A stretch of 63,553 nucleotides of DNA, filler included, from Stramenopiles sp. TOSAG23-3 (GCA_900128585.1; 10 parts of 10 records of this genome joined end to end with filler, not necessarily neighbours in it), one strand, 5' to 3'; counted from the first letter of the whole stretch, positions 1 through 10,949 are shown. Translations and numbers: made by a program. Notes: generated from the sequence alone by a model not told the origin.

Positions 1-535
1 GAGCGAGACCCTTTTGCTCCTCCTTGAACTCTTTTGAGCCTTCTGGGAAGTGCACCTTCAGCCACAACTTCTTCTCTTGACAGATACACTCTGGGTCCTT
101 TTCGCACGCTGCTTGCTCCTCGTTGCTTCCTGTGCAACGTTCGTCAAAATCGCTCTCGCGACGAACTATTTTGTCCAACTGGGAAGGCGAGTCTTGGTCT
201 GCAATCCCACTTTTGAACGAGTACTTTTTTGGTCTCACGTTCGGATCTGGAACGCTCGTTGGCCTTTTCAAGGCTTTTCCCGCAGCTGCCCAAGGAAGTG
301 TCACCACCGTGCCAGAGTCTACGCCTTCCATAGTTACACCATTCATCCCCAGCACTTTCACCATGGCCTTACCCCCAGCTGCGGTTGCCTCGACTTCAGC
401 ATTCATATCCTCCGCCATCGTCAACCAGCGCAGCGATTCTGGAATTACCTTTCTCGCTTTGCACCAAGGGACTGGTACATTTGGTTCCTGTGCTGCGCAA
501 GCAACCAGAAAGCAAGCCAGTAATACAACCCGCAT
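1..535 (-). CDS. Secreted hypothetical protein, 3' end beyond the window edge (absent from the ORF track)
   Basis: Manual translation from the ATG at 535 (context CCACCATG) gives MRVVLLACFLVACAAQEPNVPVPWCKARK... with no stop down to base 1. The N-terminus looks like a signal peptide and composition is coding-like. Confidence 0.75.
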   Translation of the reverse strand, partial: MRVVLLACFLVACAAQEPNVPVPWCKARKVIPESLRWLTMAEDMNAEVEATAAGGKAMVKVLGMNGVTMEGVDSGTVVTLPWAAAGKALKRPTSVPDPNVRPKKYSFKSGIADQDSPSQLDKIVRRESDFDERCTGSNEEQAACEKDPECICQEKKLWLKVHFPEGSKEFKEEQKGLA

Positions 536-843
536 GGTGGAAGTTAAGCACGGTATCCCACAAACAAATCCTATTTACAGGGAAACTATAATTTCTGTTA
601 TTTGCGCCAGCAATTTTGAAATCTACAAACAGAAGGTGCACCTCTTCTTTCGCTCAAGGGTGAACACGAAACGAAGAAGACTTCGAATGGGAACGTTCTT
701 TCTCTTGCTTCGTCGTCATCTCTACAACAACAAAATAAAGAAACAGAATAATCGGCAGGTGATTTATGAAATATGTATTCAACGCAATCTAAAACTAATC
801 GATTGAACTATTACAACAAGTATTCATAAATATTGTTTCAATC

Positions 844-991
844 ATTTACATGGAATAAGATTATACTATTTATTTCCTTTCTCCGATATTATTCAACTGT
901 TAACTACAATACAACAATATTTACATGGAATAGGATTATACCATTTATTTCCTTTCTCTTATATTATTCAGATGTTAGCTACAATATAACA
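844..991. repeat. Two imperfect tandem copies of a 75-bp unit
   Basis: ATTTACATGGAATAAGATTATAC... starts at 844 and ATTTACATGGAATAGGATTATAC... at 919; similarity continues to ...CTACAATA(C/T)AACA. Confidence 0.9.
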
Positions 992-1641
992 TAGGGCTAG
1001 CAGTGCAGTTGGTTTCTTATATCTCACTTCCCCCTTTTTTTTAAGTCTATAATCAGAGCAGGGCGATGTAACCAAATCCTCGTTTTTGATGCCTGGCATT
1101 GCACAAAGCTATAGTTAAGGTATGCATTATAAATGAATACTTTTACTTTTATATTATACATACATACAACATATAATTTACAAATACAATAAAATACAAA
1201 AAGAGACAAAGGACTAAAATATATTAAGTACAATATTTAGTATAGTAAATAATAATCCCTAAATAATCCCAATTTCCAATTCCAAAAAAAAAATTTAAAA
1301 AAATTAAAAATTTTAATAATAAAATACAGTAATAAAACCGTTACACAAAAAAATCTTTTTCTTCTTCTTTTCTTCCCCTGTATGTATGTGGGGTTTACAT
1401 TTTTTTTTAAACATTGCATTGACTATATATAGACGCGGTCCTTCCAATGACATGACCAAATTCTTTCTTCAGTTTGTTTTTCACGAACGGTTTATAGTTT
1501 ATGTAGTAAAGGCTTTTATCGGTTTGTATGAATTGAATGCGTCTTTGTGGATCAACGCAAAAAGTATTTTCCATTTAATCGTTTGAGTTAGAGATATTAT
1601 ACGGCACGTCGCTCCTGGTCGCGTTTCGGGCGTGAGGGGCA

Positions 1642-4600
1642 ATGATAACGGACCATCCAATATTTGATTGCTTAAAGGAAGATGCGACGTCTGGTGATGA
1701 TGATGAGCATGTGCACGTATATAGCCTTCCGCCGCCGTCGGTTGTCATGTCGCCTGTAAAGATGACGATGAATCGGACGACTCCTAATGCTCGGTGGTCG
1801 GTGCCGCGTTCGAGGGAAGCAAGGCGTATACAGAAGGTTTTGATGACAGTGCTCGATGATGACGTCGATGCCGTTCGAAAAAAGAAGATCGGAATTCACA
1901 ATAGAAGGGTGACGGCAGAGCGGTTACTTACGCTCAAGCGCAAGGGAAACCAGAAAACCGCTGTGGTTTCACCACAAGACATTCGGCAGGACCGTTGCAG
2001 CACTTGTGAATTCTTAGATTTAGATATTTGTGTACACGACGCTTATGCATATGCAAAACGTTACACAAAAAAGAGGGATACGATGAAGCAAATGAGGGCA
2101 AGTTTAAGGTCGCAGAAATCGTACTTGCGTTCTAAAATAAAAGGAAGAGCGGGCCAACACATGTCTCGCCCGAACACGGCAAGTACAATTCCACGCCGGA
2201 AGCGATGGAAGAGCAGTGCTTCTCCACGTGTGTCCCGCGCGACGCTGCGACCTTCCACAGCCTTGAAGACGCCGAGACGGAATGGTCGCGACGGGGAACC
2301 ACGGTTCGTAGAAGGGGAATGGTTAACGTCGTACGATACGAGGGAAGGGGGCACTGCGCTTTTGCCGGTTTCGCCGCTTGCTCCGCGGTACAACAAAACG
2401 TGGGTGGACATTTGCAACGATGCAGAAAACCCGGTGGCGGCGTCGCGGGTGAGCGCTGCAGTAGTGACAAGTCGCATGGGAGCACAGGTAAAAGGTTTAG
2501 TGCGGTCTCTATGTACTCCGTCAGCAGACGCACCGAAACCGAATGGCAACAACGGCAGTGAAGAGGAGAAAGAGTTTTGTAAGCCAGACTTCATCGACTT
2601 TCAAATATTGTACAAGCAGCTCGGAGAGGTGTACAAAGAGGCATTTACAGAGCACAGCGACTCGTACGCTCGCCAGCGTGCTTTGAAGGAAACGATCGGA
2701 CCACCTCAGGAGCGCCCAAAATCGACGACAACGTCCCCAGTGCGCAACATTGATCTTGCAGAAATGGAGGACCACCACCAGATTACCGACAGTGAAGCGC
2801 AATGGATGCAAGAAACATTTAGTAACATTGGCAAATTTTGCTCTCTAGACGTGTACGGGATGATGAAACTCCGCGAGGCCCGGTACGTGTCAAAGGACTC
2901 CAGGGTGCCGTGCCGATTGGTGACAGACTTGAGTGTTGTTTTGCTTGAAAAAGTGCTGTTGAATTCGTCAAACAATCGAACCACTAGCCCCCGTGGCCTT
3001 GCCGCATTTCGAGAGCAGCAATTGCATATACTTACTGCAAAAGTGTTGTTTCACTTAATGCACTCCATCTATGATAAGGGCGAGAGCAGAAACACGTTTT
3101 TCAGCTCGTTCCGTAACGTTTACAACCGGGTTCACGTCGTGCTTCAGCCCAGCTGCGACAAGCTCATCGAGGAAGCTAAGCTACTTCTGGACACGGGGGA
3201 CCGTGTGCGCCAGGGCATGAACAAAATGGTAAAGCGGTGGCAAAAACCCCTTCTTCAGTGTTACTTTATGGAGTGGAGAATAAGCATTCAGTCAAACCGA
3301 AGGGAAGACAAATTCAAGTCTTTACTGACCAAGGTTAACAGCAGCATAATGCACGCGATGGGATTGTTGGCGATGCGCGCAACGACTAGCGTGGAAATGG
3401 AGAAAACGTACCGCAAGCTCTTGAAGCGGCTCGTGTTTCGTGAATGGGCCAAATACGCAGTGTTGTCAAAACTGCACGGGCTGCACAGAGGCTTGGACCA
3501 GGTGGCAATGAAAGATAAAGATGCAGCGATGAGCCTTATGCAAATCAAAGAAGAAATACAAAGCAAAAGAAAAGAAATGGTCGTCATCATGTCCGAGTTA
3601 AAGGATGCCTATGAGCACATTGAAAAGCAACGAGCGTTCTTGCACGCGTCCAAATGGCGCTTGGAAAACTACGACGAAAGCAGGGCAATCGGCGTCACCC
3701 GGGGCTTTATTAAACTAACAGTCCCTGCTTACAAGTTCGTTCGGAAGTTGATGGAAGAAAGGCCACATTTACTGAATTTTTCAGAAACGATGGAGACTGC
3801 GGAAGAATTCATTCACCACGGTATTTTCGACAACCACTCGTGCGCCGAAACGTTCTTGGAAGCGCTGTGCGAAGAGCATCACGAGTATTCATCGGTCGTA
3901 GAGTCTCTTCCAGAAGACCTTTATATCTTGGTGGAAGTTTTAGGCACAAACGGACCTGTCGACAAAACCATCCATTTGATGGACCTCATATTTCCAAAAG
4001 TCCTTGCGGCCAGCTGCCAATTTGCGAAAACCGGGATCATGCCTGATATGGCGTTTTTCTCAGATGAGCTGAAATCCGTTGGACAGCGAATATCAGACCG
4101 CGCTGCAAACAAGTCGCCTACCGCCGACGACCAAGGGGGCGTGGTGGTTGGTGCGGGCGAACAACGGACCCTCGAAACGCTGGTGATGCAGTCTCGAATT
4201 GCCCTTGCGGCCTTCCAAGCATTTAAAATCAGTAATGCGGTGCACAATTCCGCGCGCGAATTGCAAAACAAACAGTTGGCAATGCATCTAACGGCGACTG
4301 TGGAATCGCACAGATACCATGTCGTGTCTGGCAATATCACGGACCGTGTAGCACGGTCTGTTTATTTGGTAGATGGGGCGGCAGCACTGTCGAAGAAAGA
4401 GTTTCAAAACTCTTCGCATAAAACAGTGCTGAAATGGGGAGTGACAGGAGGGGTTGAAATGGAGTCCCTTTGCAAACCGCTGAAGGATTACAATGCCACG
4501 GACGAGCAACTGAAGATTAAGAATAAAACCGAGTTGAAGTTGAACGCTGAAACCGACACTTGGGCTGCCCTGGCGACGTTCAGAGCAGATCGGCGGTCGC

Positions 4601-5790
4601 AGCTCCGAGCGCGCAAAAATAGTGCAGAGCTTATGCGGCTTACCGACCGTAACGACCCTGTCAACGTTCCATTTTTCCTCTGGGAAAGTTTTGAGTCCCA
4701 CAGAATGGGACTTCCGATGCACGGGGGGGAGCTGTTGGCGTGCCTGCACGAAACAGTAAAGAATTACATCCCTTACCTCCGGGGAATCTACCGCAAATAT
4801 TCGAGCGGCTTCATGATGAAATCCCAAGACTTTCAAAATTTTGTGAAAGACTGCAAGCTTGCCAAAGATTCAGGTGCAAAAACAGACTTAATATTTGTCA
4901 AAGTTGCAAAAGCACAGTATAACCTAGATGGGTTGAATGACTTTGAAAAAAACACAACCCAACTTAGCCGGCCCGGGTTCGTCGAAGCAGTCGTTTTGCT
5001 GTACACCAATAAACACAACCTACAAGGTCAGACCACAGCAGACGCCGAGAAAAGCCTGAAGCACTTCTTTGCCCATGTTGTCTCGGTTGCAAAACGTTTG
5101 GACAGAGACTCGTTGAACAGTAAAATGGCCGATCATCGAATTTTAAGAGTGCTGGTATCCCACCACGCCGAGCTGGCCACCATCTTCCAAGCGTGGGCGG
5201 GGTCAACATGGAAAGGGCCGCCCCTTAAAAACTGGCAACGTAGCTTGAACGTTGGCGAATGGATGTCATTTTTGAAACAAAATGGATTGCTGGATAATGA
5301 CAATAGTGACTCCACTAAACAGCGCGCGAAAGAGAGGCACAAACGTATGACTGCACGAACCTTTGGGGCAGAAAATTTAAACGCCATTGCCGAATTAACA
5401 GAAGAAAGCATGCAGAAGGTAGTGCAGATACGGCAAGTCAGTCAGCTGAGCGCTCGAAAGATATTTACGAACGCTTGTGGGCAAGGTCAAACCTTGGATC
5501 TGGAGGCGGTTGTAAGCGAGGCGGGCCCCGTCCGAGGGCGGCACAATGCCGAACGCTGGGATCTTCTGAGTTTTTATGACGAGAAAGCCGCCCGAAAATT
5601 CAAAGGGGCCGACGATGCTGCAACAAAAGAGATAAATCGTGCAGAAACAATGGATACGCGGGCATTTGTTTGCGGTTTGGCAATTTTGGCAGAGTACCAG
5701 CAGCCCGACCCTTTCACTAGTTTGGACGAGAAACTGAATGACCTTCTGAAGACAACTGTATGTACCACAGAGGCCATGCAGAAGCTCTGA
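1642..5790 (+). CDS. Large hypothetical protein (1382 aa) with coiled coil and C-terminal EF-hand/TPPP-like region; possibly flagellar or centrosomal
   Basis: Uninterrupted 4.1-kb ORF. Contains FxxW motifs (CYFMEWR, LVFREWA), a coiled coil, and MKSQDFQNFVKDCKL...TDLIFVKV, which resembles p25-alpha/TPPP. The function is inference. Confidence 0.8.
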   Translation: MITDHPIFDCLKEDATSGDDDEHVHVYSLPPPSVVMSPVKMTMNRTTPNARWSVPRSREARRIQKVLMTVLDDDVDAVRKKKIGIHNRRVTAERLLTLKRKGNQKTAVVSPQDIRQDRCSTCEFLDLDICVHDAYAYAKRYTKKRDTMKQMRASLRSQKSYLRSKIKGRAGQHMSRPNTASTIPRRKRWKSSASPRVSRATLRPSTALKTPRRNGRDGEPRFVEGEWLTSYDTREGGTALLPVSPLAPRYNKTWVDICNDAENPVAASRVSAAVVTSRMGAQVKGLVRSLCTPSADAPKPNGNNGSEEEKEFCKPDFIDFQILYKQLGEVYKEAFTEHSDSYARQRALKETIGPPQERPKSTTTSPVRNIDLAEMEDHHQITDSEAQWMQETFSNIGKFCSLDVYGMMKLREARYVSKDSRVPCRLVTDLSVVLLEKVLLNSSNNRTTSPRGLAAFREQQLHILTAKVLFHLMHSIYDKGESRNTFFSSFRNVYNRVHVVLQPSCDKLIEEAKLLLDTGDRVRQGMNKMVKRWQKPLLQCYFMEWRISIQSNRREDKFKSLLTKVNSSIMHAMGLLAMRATTSVEMEKTYRKLLKRLVFREWAKYAVLSKLHGLHRGLDQVAMKDKDAAMSLMQIKEEIQSKRKEMVVIMSELKDAYEHIEKQRAFLHASKWRLENYDESRAIGVTRGFIKLTVPAYKFVRKLMEERPHLLNFSETMETAEEFIHHGIFDNHSCAETFLEALCEEHHEYSSVVESLPEDLYILVEVLGTNGPVDKTIHLMDLIFPKVLAASCQFAKTGIMPDMAFFSDELKSVGQRISDRAANKSPTADDQGGVVVGAGEQRTLETLVMQSRIALAAFQAFKISNAVHNSARELQNKQLAMHLTATVESHRYHVVSGNITDRVARSVYLVDGAAALSKKEFQNSSHKTVLKWGVTGGVEMESLCKPLKDYNATDEQLKIKNKTELKLNAETDTWAALATFRADRRSQLRARKNSAELMRLTDRNDPVNVPFFLWESFESHRMGLPMHGGELLACLHETVKNYIPYLRGIYRKYSSGFMMKSQDFQNFVKDCKLAKDSGAKTDLIFVKVAKAQYNLDGLNDFEKNTTQLSRPGFVEAVVLLYTNKHNLQGQTTADAEKSLKHFFAHVVSVAKRLDRDSLNSKMADHRILRVLVSHHAELATIFQAWAGSTWKGPPLKNWQRSLNVGEWMSFLKQNGLLDNDNSDSTKQRAKERHKRMTARTFGAENLNAIAELTEESMQKVVQIRQVSQLSARKIFTNACGQGQTLDLEAVVSEAGPVRGRHNAERWDLLSFYDEKAARKFKGADDAATKEINRAETMDTRAFVCGLAILAEYQQPDPFTSLDEKLNDLLKTTVCTTEAMQKL

Positions 5791-6027
5791 CAGTGCTGAG
5801 TGCAAAGAGAGTAATGTCATGACACCGCACTTTAGTGTATTATTCTTAATTTCTTAGTTAATGAGTAAAAGGCAAATGTAAGAAACTAGTTTCCTGCGAT
5901 ACGATTGTTATAGATTGTAAAAATTGGGAATAGCCCACACTTTACACAGACGGCCTAACTACAACTCGCTGGTCAGAAACGTAAAAAAACGTTATCAGCT
6001 GACGTCCTTCGTGTGTAGGTATTCGAC

Positions 6028-6831
6028 TTAAACTTCCTGCTCTTTAGCGGCTTTGTTGGATACTTGTTCTGCAAGCGGCATGCTTTTGTTTTCTTCAGGG
6101 TTAACCTTGTGCTTCTTGTTCGATACAGCTTGATTCTCGGTCACTTTCTCCGGGCTGTCTTTCCTTTTTGAACCTGATTGAGACTCGGTTGATTCGGTCT
6201 TGTCGCCTGCGGGCGTGGCCTCGTCAGCTTCGATAGCTGGGGACTCGGTCTTATCGTCATCGGGCTTCGCTTCGACGTTAGCTTCCGTCAGTGGCGGGTC
6301 GGTCTTGTTGTCGACCGCGTTGGTGCCATCGTTTGCTTGACCCTTATCCTCGGGCGACGACTTGACTTCAGCGTCTACTGTGCTCGCTGCCTTTTTCACC
6401 TCTTCGGCTTTTTTCTCCGTGCTCTCGTTTGGTGCGTCTTCTGAGTCGGGCTGTGCAATTGCTGCCTCGGCTGGGGGTGTTGATTTGATATCTTTACCAT
6501 CGGCAATATCAACGTTATCGTCATTGCCAATAGGGGTCAAACCAAGTTTTTCTGTCGCTACCTCACCAGGGGCTGTGCCATCGGACTTCACATCGTCAGA
6601 ATTCGCATCAGCGACTGGATCTTTTGCTTTCGCCGGGGCCGGCTCGTCTTTCTTTTCTACGGATGCATCGGCGTTTGGCTTCGCCGTCTGTTTTAATTGA
6701 ACTTGTTCTGCGGTACTGCTAGCCGGGGTTGCATTAATTTTTGGCGTCTCTTCGACCGCAGGGGTTTCTGCGCTCGTAGGCACGATGGTCGCGCCGGCAC
6801 TTTTGGCTTTGGCTGATTCGTTTTGGGACAT
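6028..6831 (-). CDS. Acidic, Ala/Pro/Glu/Lys-rich disordered protein (267 aa)
   Basis: ORF with coding-like composition between AT-rich flanks; possible bipartite NLS KRK...KKHK near the C-terminus. Confidence 0.8.
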   Translation of the reverse strand: MSQNESAKAKSAGATIVPTSAETPAVEETPKINATPASSTAEQVQLKQTAKPNADASVEKKDEPAPAKAKDPVADANSDDVKSDGTAPGEVATEKLGLTPIGNDDNVDIADGKDIKSTPPAEAAIAQPDSEDAPNESTEKKAEEVKKAASTVDAEVKSSPEDKGQANDGTNAVDNKTDPPLTEANVEAKPDDDKTESPAIEADEATPAGDKTESTESQSGSKRKDSPEKVTENQAVSNKKHKVNPEENKSMPLAEQVSNKAAKEQEV

Positions 6832-7045
6832 CTGTGACGTAAATCGTTGAAATGTTTTTGGTCGTGAAAGTAAGTAATGGAAGAGTGATATATCGAAACG
6901 GGTGTTTATAATTTGAGGGTAATGAAATGCTTTAATTGTTTTTGTTTTGTTTAAGCTGTTCTTCTTTTTTCTTCTTTTGTTTAAATTATTTGCGAATGTT
7001 TTTGGGTATAGAAGACCTACACATATATGTTTACTGTTGATTGAT

Positions 7046-7105
7046 GAGAAGAAGAAGAAAAGAAGAGAAGAAGAGAAGAAGAAGAAGAAGGAAGAAGAAA
7101 AAAAA
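7046..7105. repeat. Imperfect (GAA)n tract
   Basis: Read directly from the sequence. Confidence 0.9.
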
Positions 7106-7525
7106 TATTATATTTATAATAATATATGATATTGATGGAAGAAAAAAAATGAAGCAATGAATCATTCCATATGCTATGTCCATATTATATTATTTTCTTC
7201 TTTTTTTTTTATAACTAGAAAGTCTATGAGAATTCTTCTGATTGTGATTGATTGATTGATTTTCTATGCTGTGTGCATGCAACTAAGATCCCAGTTGTTG
7301 TCTCTCACCACAACAAAATTCATTTTCTTTCTTCTTTCTTTCTGTCTTTCTTATTATTTTCTTTCTTTTATTATATACATTCAATGCTGTATAATGTATT
7401 TTAGTATGTTGATTTTTTTTTTGATGATGATGGACAACAAAAATTTGATTAATAAGTTTGCGCGGGATCGTGACAGGTCCATTTTTTTTAATATTAAGGG
7501 TTTTTTTCTATCGATGATCGATCGA

Positions 7526-7693
7526 TCCTTCCCTCCTCCTCCTCCCCGTGCTCCTCTCCTTCTTCTTCTTCTTCTTTTTTTCTTTCTTCTTCTTCTCTTC
7601 TTCTTCTTCTTCTTCTTCTTCTTCTTCTTCTTCTTCTTCTTCTTCTTTTTTTCTTCTTCTTCTTCTTCTTTTCTTCTTCCTTTCTCTCTCTCC
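7526..7693. repeat. (CCT)n/(CTT)n polypyrimidine microsatellite
   Basis: Read directly from the sequence. Confidence 0.95.
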
Positions 7694-7914
7694 AACCAAA
7701 AAAAAACATTATTATGTTTTTTCATCAAAAAATAGACGTCCTCTCTGTATATATAGTTTGTTCTTTATTTTTTGAAAAGAAAAGAGCACAAATGTTTTTA
7801 AGTGGTTTTTAAAGGTTATTCAATCGGTTGCTTTCCCCCCCATTGTTTATACTCCTCTGGGGCTTTCGAATTTTATATTTGAGAAAGAGAGAGCTGGTAG
7901 CAACGGCGTGAGCG

Positions 7915-9369
7915 ATGCTTTGGAGAGGTCGGGCGTTTCTTGCCAAGGGTGGTAAGCAGTTTTCCACCAAGGCAAGCTGCCCTGTTGCAACCCTTCGCGC
8001 CTGCAATTTAGTCGCAGATACAACTAGTGAGAAACTCGCTGACGTTTTGCAAGCGAAGCGTGAAGGGGATGGCGGGAGTTTGACGCCTTCTGTGTACGTG
8101 GGTTTTGACCCAACTGCTCGGTCGCTGCATGTAGGAAACTTGGTGTCAATACGAGCCCTTCAAGCCTTCCAGGCGCACGGTTTTCGCCCAATTGCCCTCG
8201 TTGGGGGGGCCACGGGGTTTATTGGCGACCCAAGCGGGAAACGCGCCGACCGAGTTTTACTGGACAACAGCGAACTAGCAAAAAACCAGTCCGGAATTGA
8301 GGCGTGTTTAAGACAGGTTTTGTCGTTTTCATCCGACGGGTCCGGAGGGGAAAACTCAGCGAAGCTTGTCAACAATATAGACTGGTATGAAAACATGTCC
8401 GCTTTTGAATTTGTCAGGGACATAGGCCAGCACTTTCGGGTTAGTCAGATGATGGGGCGAGAGAGCGTAAAACAACGCTTGGCGTCGGAGGTAGGTATTA
8501 GTTACACGGAATTTTCGTATCAGATGTTCCAAGCATACGATTTCTTCCATTTGTGCGACAAAGAAAATTGCGTGTTGCAGATAGGAGGGTCCGACCAGTG
8601 GGGGAATATTGCCAGTGGTATTGATTTCATCCGACGGAAGTATTCCCAGGGGGTGGATGAGGGCGCAAGTGACAGGCAAGCGTACGGGTTGACCGTGCCG
8701 TTGCTGACGACGAGCAGCGGTGAAAAGTTTGGCAAATCGGCGGGGAACGCCGTTTGGCTCGACCCATCAATGACCTCCCCGTTCGAGTTTTACCAATACT
8801 TTATGCAGGCGAGCGACGCAGACGCGGCACACTTGGTCCCAATGCTCGCGATCGACCTCAGTCGACCCCACGGGAACGAAGGGACGTACTCGCTGAGTCG
8901 GGCCAGAGAAGTGTTGGTCGAGCACGCACAAGACCCAGGGAAACGGTATGCACAAAAATTTTTGGCCGATTCTCTTACGTCTTGGGTCCATGGCAGCGAC
9001 GCGCTAGAAAACGCGAGGCTGGCGACGGAAACGCTCTTTAAAAAGACTCCCAAAAGTAACGGTGATTCTGCGGAAGACGTCGCCCGGCACCTGCGCCAGT
9101 TGCTGGAGAACGATAGCATAGAGCTGGTAGAAGTCTCCCGAACAGATCTCGAACACTCTACCGTAGTAGAACTCGCGGCACTGACGGGCGCGGTCAAGAG
9201 CAAGGGGGAGGCCAAGAGGCTGGTCAAAAACGGGGGGCTTTATTTGAACCAGAAGCGAGTGCAAGATGTCAACCAAAGCTTTCGTCTGCTGGAAGACACC
9301 GTCGAAGACAATCTGTGCACGTTGCGGGTGGGACGGAAGAAACAAGTGGTGATCAAGATTGTAGAGTGA
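7915..9369 (+). CDS. tyrS: Tyrosyl-tRNA synthetase, bacterial type, probably mitochondrial
   Basis: YVGFDPTARSLHVGN (HIGH-like), QIGGSDQWGNI, KFGKS (KMSKS-like) and a C-terminal S4 domain (SKGEAKRLVKNGGLYLN). The Arg-rich, acid-free N-terminus resembles a transit peptide. Confidence 0.97.
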   Translation: MLWRGRAFLAKGGKQFSTKASCPVATLRACNLVADTTSEKLADVLQAKREGDGGSLTPSVYVGFDPTARSLHVGNLVSIRALQAFQAHGFRPIALVGGATGFIGDPSGKRADRVLLDNSELAKNQSGIEACLRQVLSFSSDGSGGENSAKLVNNIDWYENMSAFEFVRDIGQHFRVSQMMGRESVKQRLASEVGISYTEFSYQMFQAYDFFHLCDKENCVLQIGGSDQWGNIASGIDFIRRKYSQGVDEGASDRQAYGLTVPLLTTSSGEKFGKSAGNAVWLDPSMTSPFEFYQYFMQASDADAAHLVPMLAIDLSRPHGNEGTYSLSRAREVLVEHAQDPGKRYAQKFLADSLTSWVHGSDALENARLATETLFKKTPKSNGDSAEDVARHLRQLLENDSIELVEVSRTDLEHSTVVELAALTGAVKSKGEAKRLVKNGGLYLNQKRVQDVNQSFRLLEDTVEDNLCTLRVGRKKQVVIKIVE

Positions 9370-9657
9370 GTTTCTGTTATGATTAACCGCTTTTTTAGAT
9401 GCGAATTAATAATATTTTTTTATAACCTAGTACATTTTTTCTTTACGTGCCGAGCATGGATATTTACGACACACCTTGAAATGGCGCGCGGGTACTTTAA
9501 TTCTTGTAATAAGCATTCTTAGCACTTTCGCACCAGTGTGGTAAGGGTCCAATATCATTTTGTTACTGCACACGCAACACGCCCAACTTGCACGGAACAG
9601 GCGCATAATCTTGCTCCTTTGAACTCTTTAAACACTTACGAAGTCTGGACCAGTTCC

Positions 9658-10044
9658 TTACCTTTTTGCTTTAATGATAGCGAGCTCCTTCTCCAGCACT
9701 GCCACCCGGTGGCGTAGAATTGAATTTTCTTCTATAGAACTTTCTTGGAACGTGTTCAACGCCTCCTCAATCTTCGAGGTACTGCTCCATACGTCTTGGT
9801 GCAACTGGTAATAAAACCCAACACTGGCAAACGCCACACCAAAAGCAAATCCACTAATTCGTTTACCAAACCCTCCTGACGATGTCGATGCAGCTGGGGC
9901 TGCTTGCGCTACGTCTTTTTTTGCTTCTGCAGTCAAGAACCGTTTCGCAATTCGCTGCGAAGACGAACTGGCAAGGACAGACTTCCTCCCCCCTGCACAA
10001 AAACGCGTCAACATTCCACTGCTTGCTACAACCGTACGAAACAT
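9658..10044 (-). CDS. Small putative mitochondrial single-pass membrane protein with coiled coil (128 aa)
   Basis: Starts at the ATG at 10044. Basic, Ser-rich presequence (MFRTVVASSG...KRFL), TM segment ISGFAFGVAFASVGFYY, then a heptad tail. Confidence 0.75.
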   Translation of the reverse strand: MFRTVVASSGMLTRFCAGGRKSVLASSSSQRIAKRFLTAEAKKDVAQAAPAASTSSGGFGKRISGFAFGVAFASVGFYYQLHQDVWSSTSKIEEALNTFQESSIEENSILRHRVAVLEKELAIIKAKR

Positions 10045-10305
10045 CTCTTTTGTTTTACTATTATGGTATGTAAAACGTTTTGCCTTTATACATAAAAAAA
10101 ACAAAAAAAGACGACACTTATCAACTTCTCAAATGAAACAATTAGCACTAATCAAATGAAATTTTACATCTTCGTCCCTCTTCCTAACAGTAATTCTTTT
10201 CTTTAAAATATTTAAAAAAACAATAAATGCATATTATATTTTATTAATTATACTGTAATAATGCAAAAAATTAATCACAAAAAAACCACCGTCGACCGAC
10301 CGACA

Positions 10306-10443
10306 GAAAGAAGAAGAAGAAGAAGAAGAAGAAGAAGAAGAAGAAGAAGAAGAACGAAGAAGAAGAAGAAGAAGAACGAAGAAGAAGAAGAAGAAGAAGA
10401 AGAGAAAAGACAAAAAAAAAGAAGAAGAAGAAAAGAAGGAAGA
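10306..10443. repeat. (GAA)n microsatellite
   Basis: Read directly from the sequence. Confidence 0.95.
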
Positions 10444-10847
10444 CCACCACACATTTATTATAGACACTACACATTTCAAGTATAAAGTATAATAGTGTTT
10501 AGTTCATTTGATGTATTGATTATTATTTAAATATGATAGTTAACTAAAATACAAAAGTACATAATTACAATAGTCTCTATTCTCTCTCTCTTTTAATATA
10601 TTGGATATACGAGGACCCTGTGACCCTGTTATTCACATTTAATTTTAAAAAAAACGATTATTTAGCTTAACACGGACACAATACTGGTATATTATATAAT
10701 ACATCACATAGTAGGCAAAGACAATTGTAATATTTTTTCTAGCAGTTATTTTCCCCTTTCTCTTCTTCTTTTTTTCTTTCTCTCGTCGTCGCTCGCCGTT
10801 TTTTCTCTTCTTCTTCTATCTATGATGATGTTTCAACCACCACCGTT

Positions 10848-10947
10848 NNNNNNNNNNNNNNNNNNNNNNNNNNNNNNNNNNNNNNNNNNNNTTAATTAAT
10901 TAANNNNNNNNNNNNNNNNNNNNNNNNNNNNNNNNNNNNNNNNNNNN
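10848..10947. other. Artificial contig spacer N44-TTAATTAATTAA-N44
   Basis: Exactly 100 bp with stops in all six frames; occurs nine times in the window. Confidence 0.97.
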
Positions 10948-10949
10948 AC

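Noticed and set aside
996-1111. Possible terminal inverted repeats (TAGCAGTGCA ... TGCACAAAGCTA) of a MITE
   Set aside because: The match is short and gapped, with no clear target-site duplication and no second copy in the window.
7256-7775. Poly-K/R/E/F/S ORFs here and at 10234-10485, 28251-28907, 54564-54953 and 62798-63263
   Set aside because: Translations of GAA/CTT microsatellites.
10892-10903. TTAATTAATTAA recurring about every 10.9 kb, then every 1.8 kb, as a possible biological boundary (e.g. nanochromosome ends)
   Set aside because: It is always centred in exactly 44+44 Ns and stops all six frames, so it is an assembly spacer. Genes are cut mid-frame at these points and no telomeric repeats are present.
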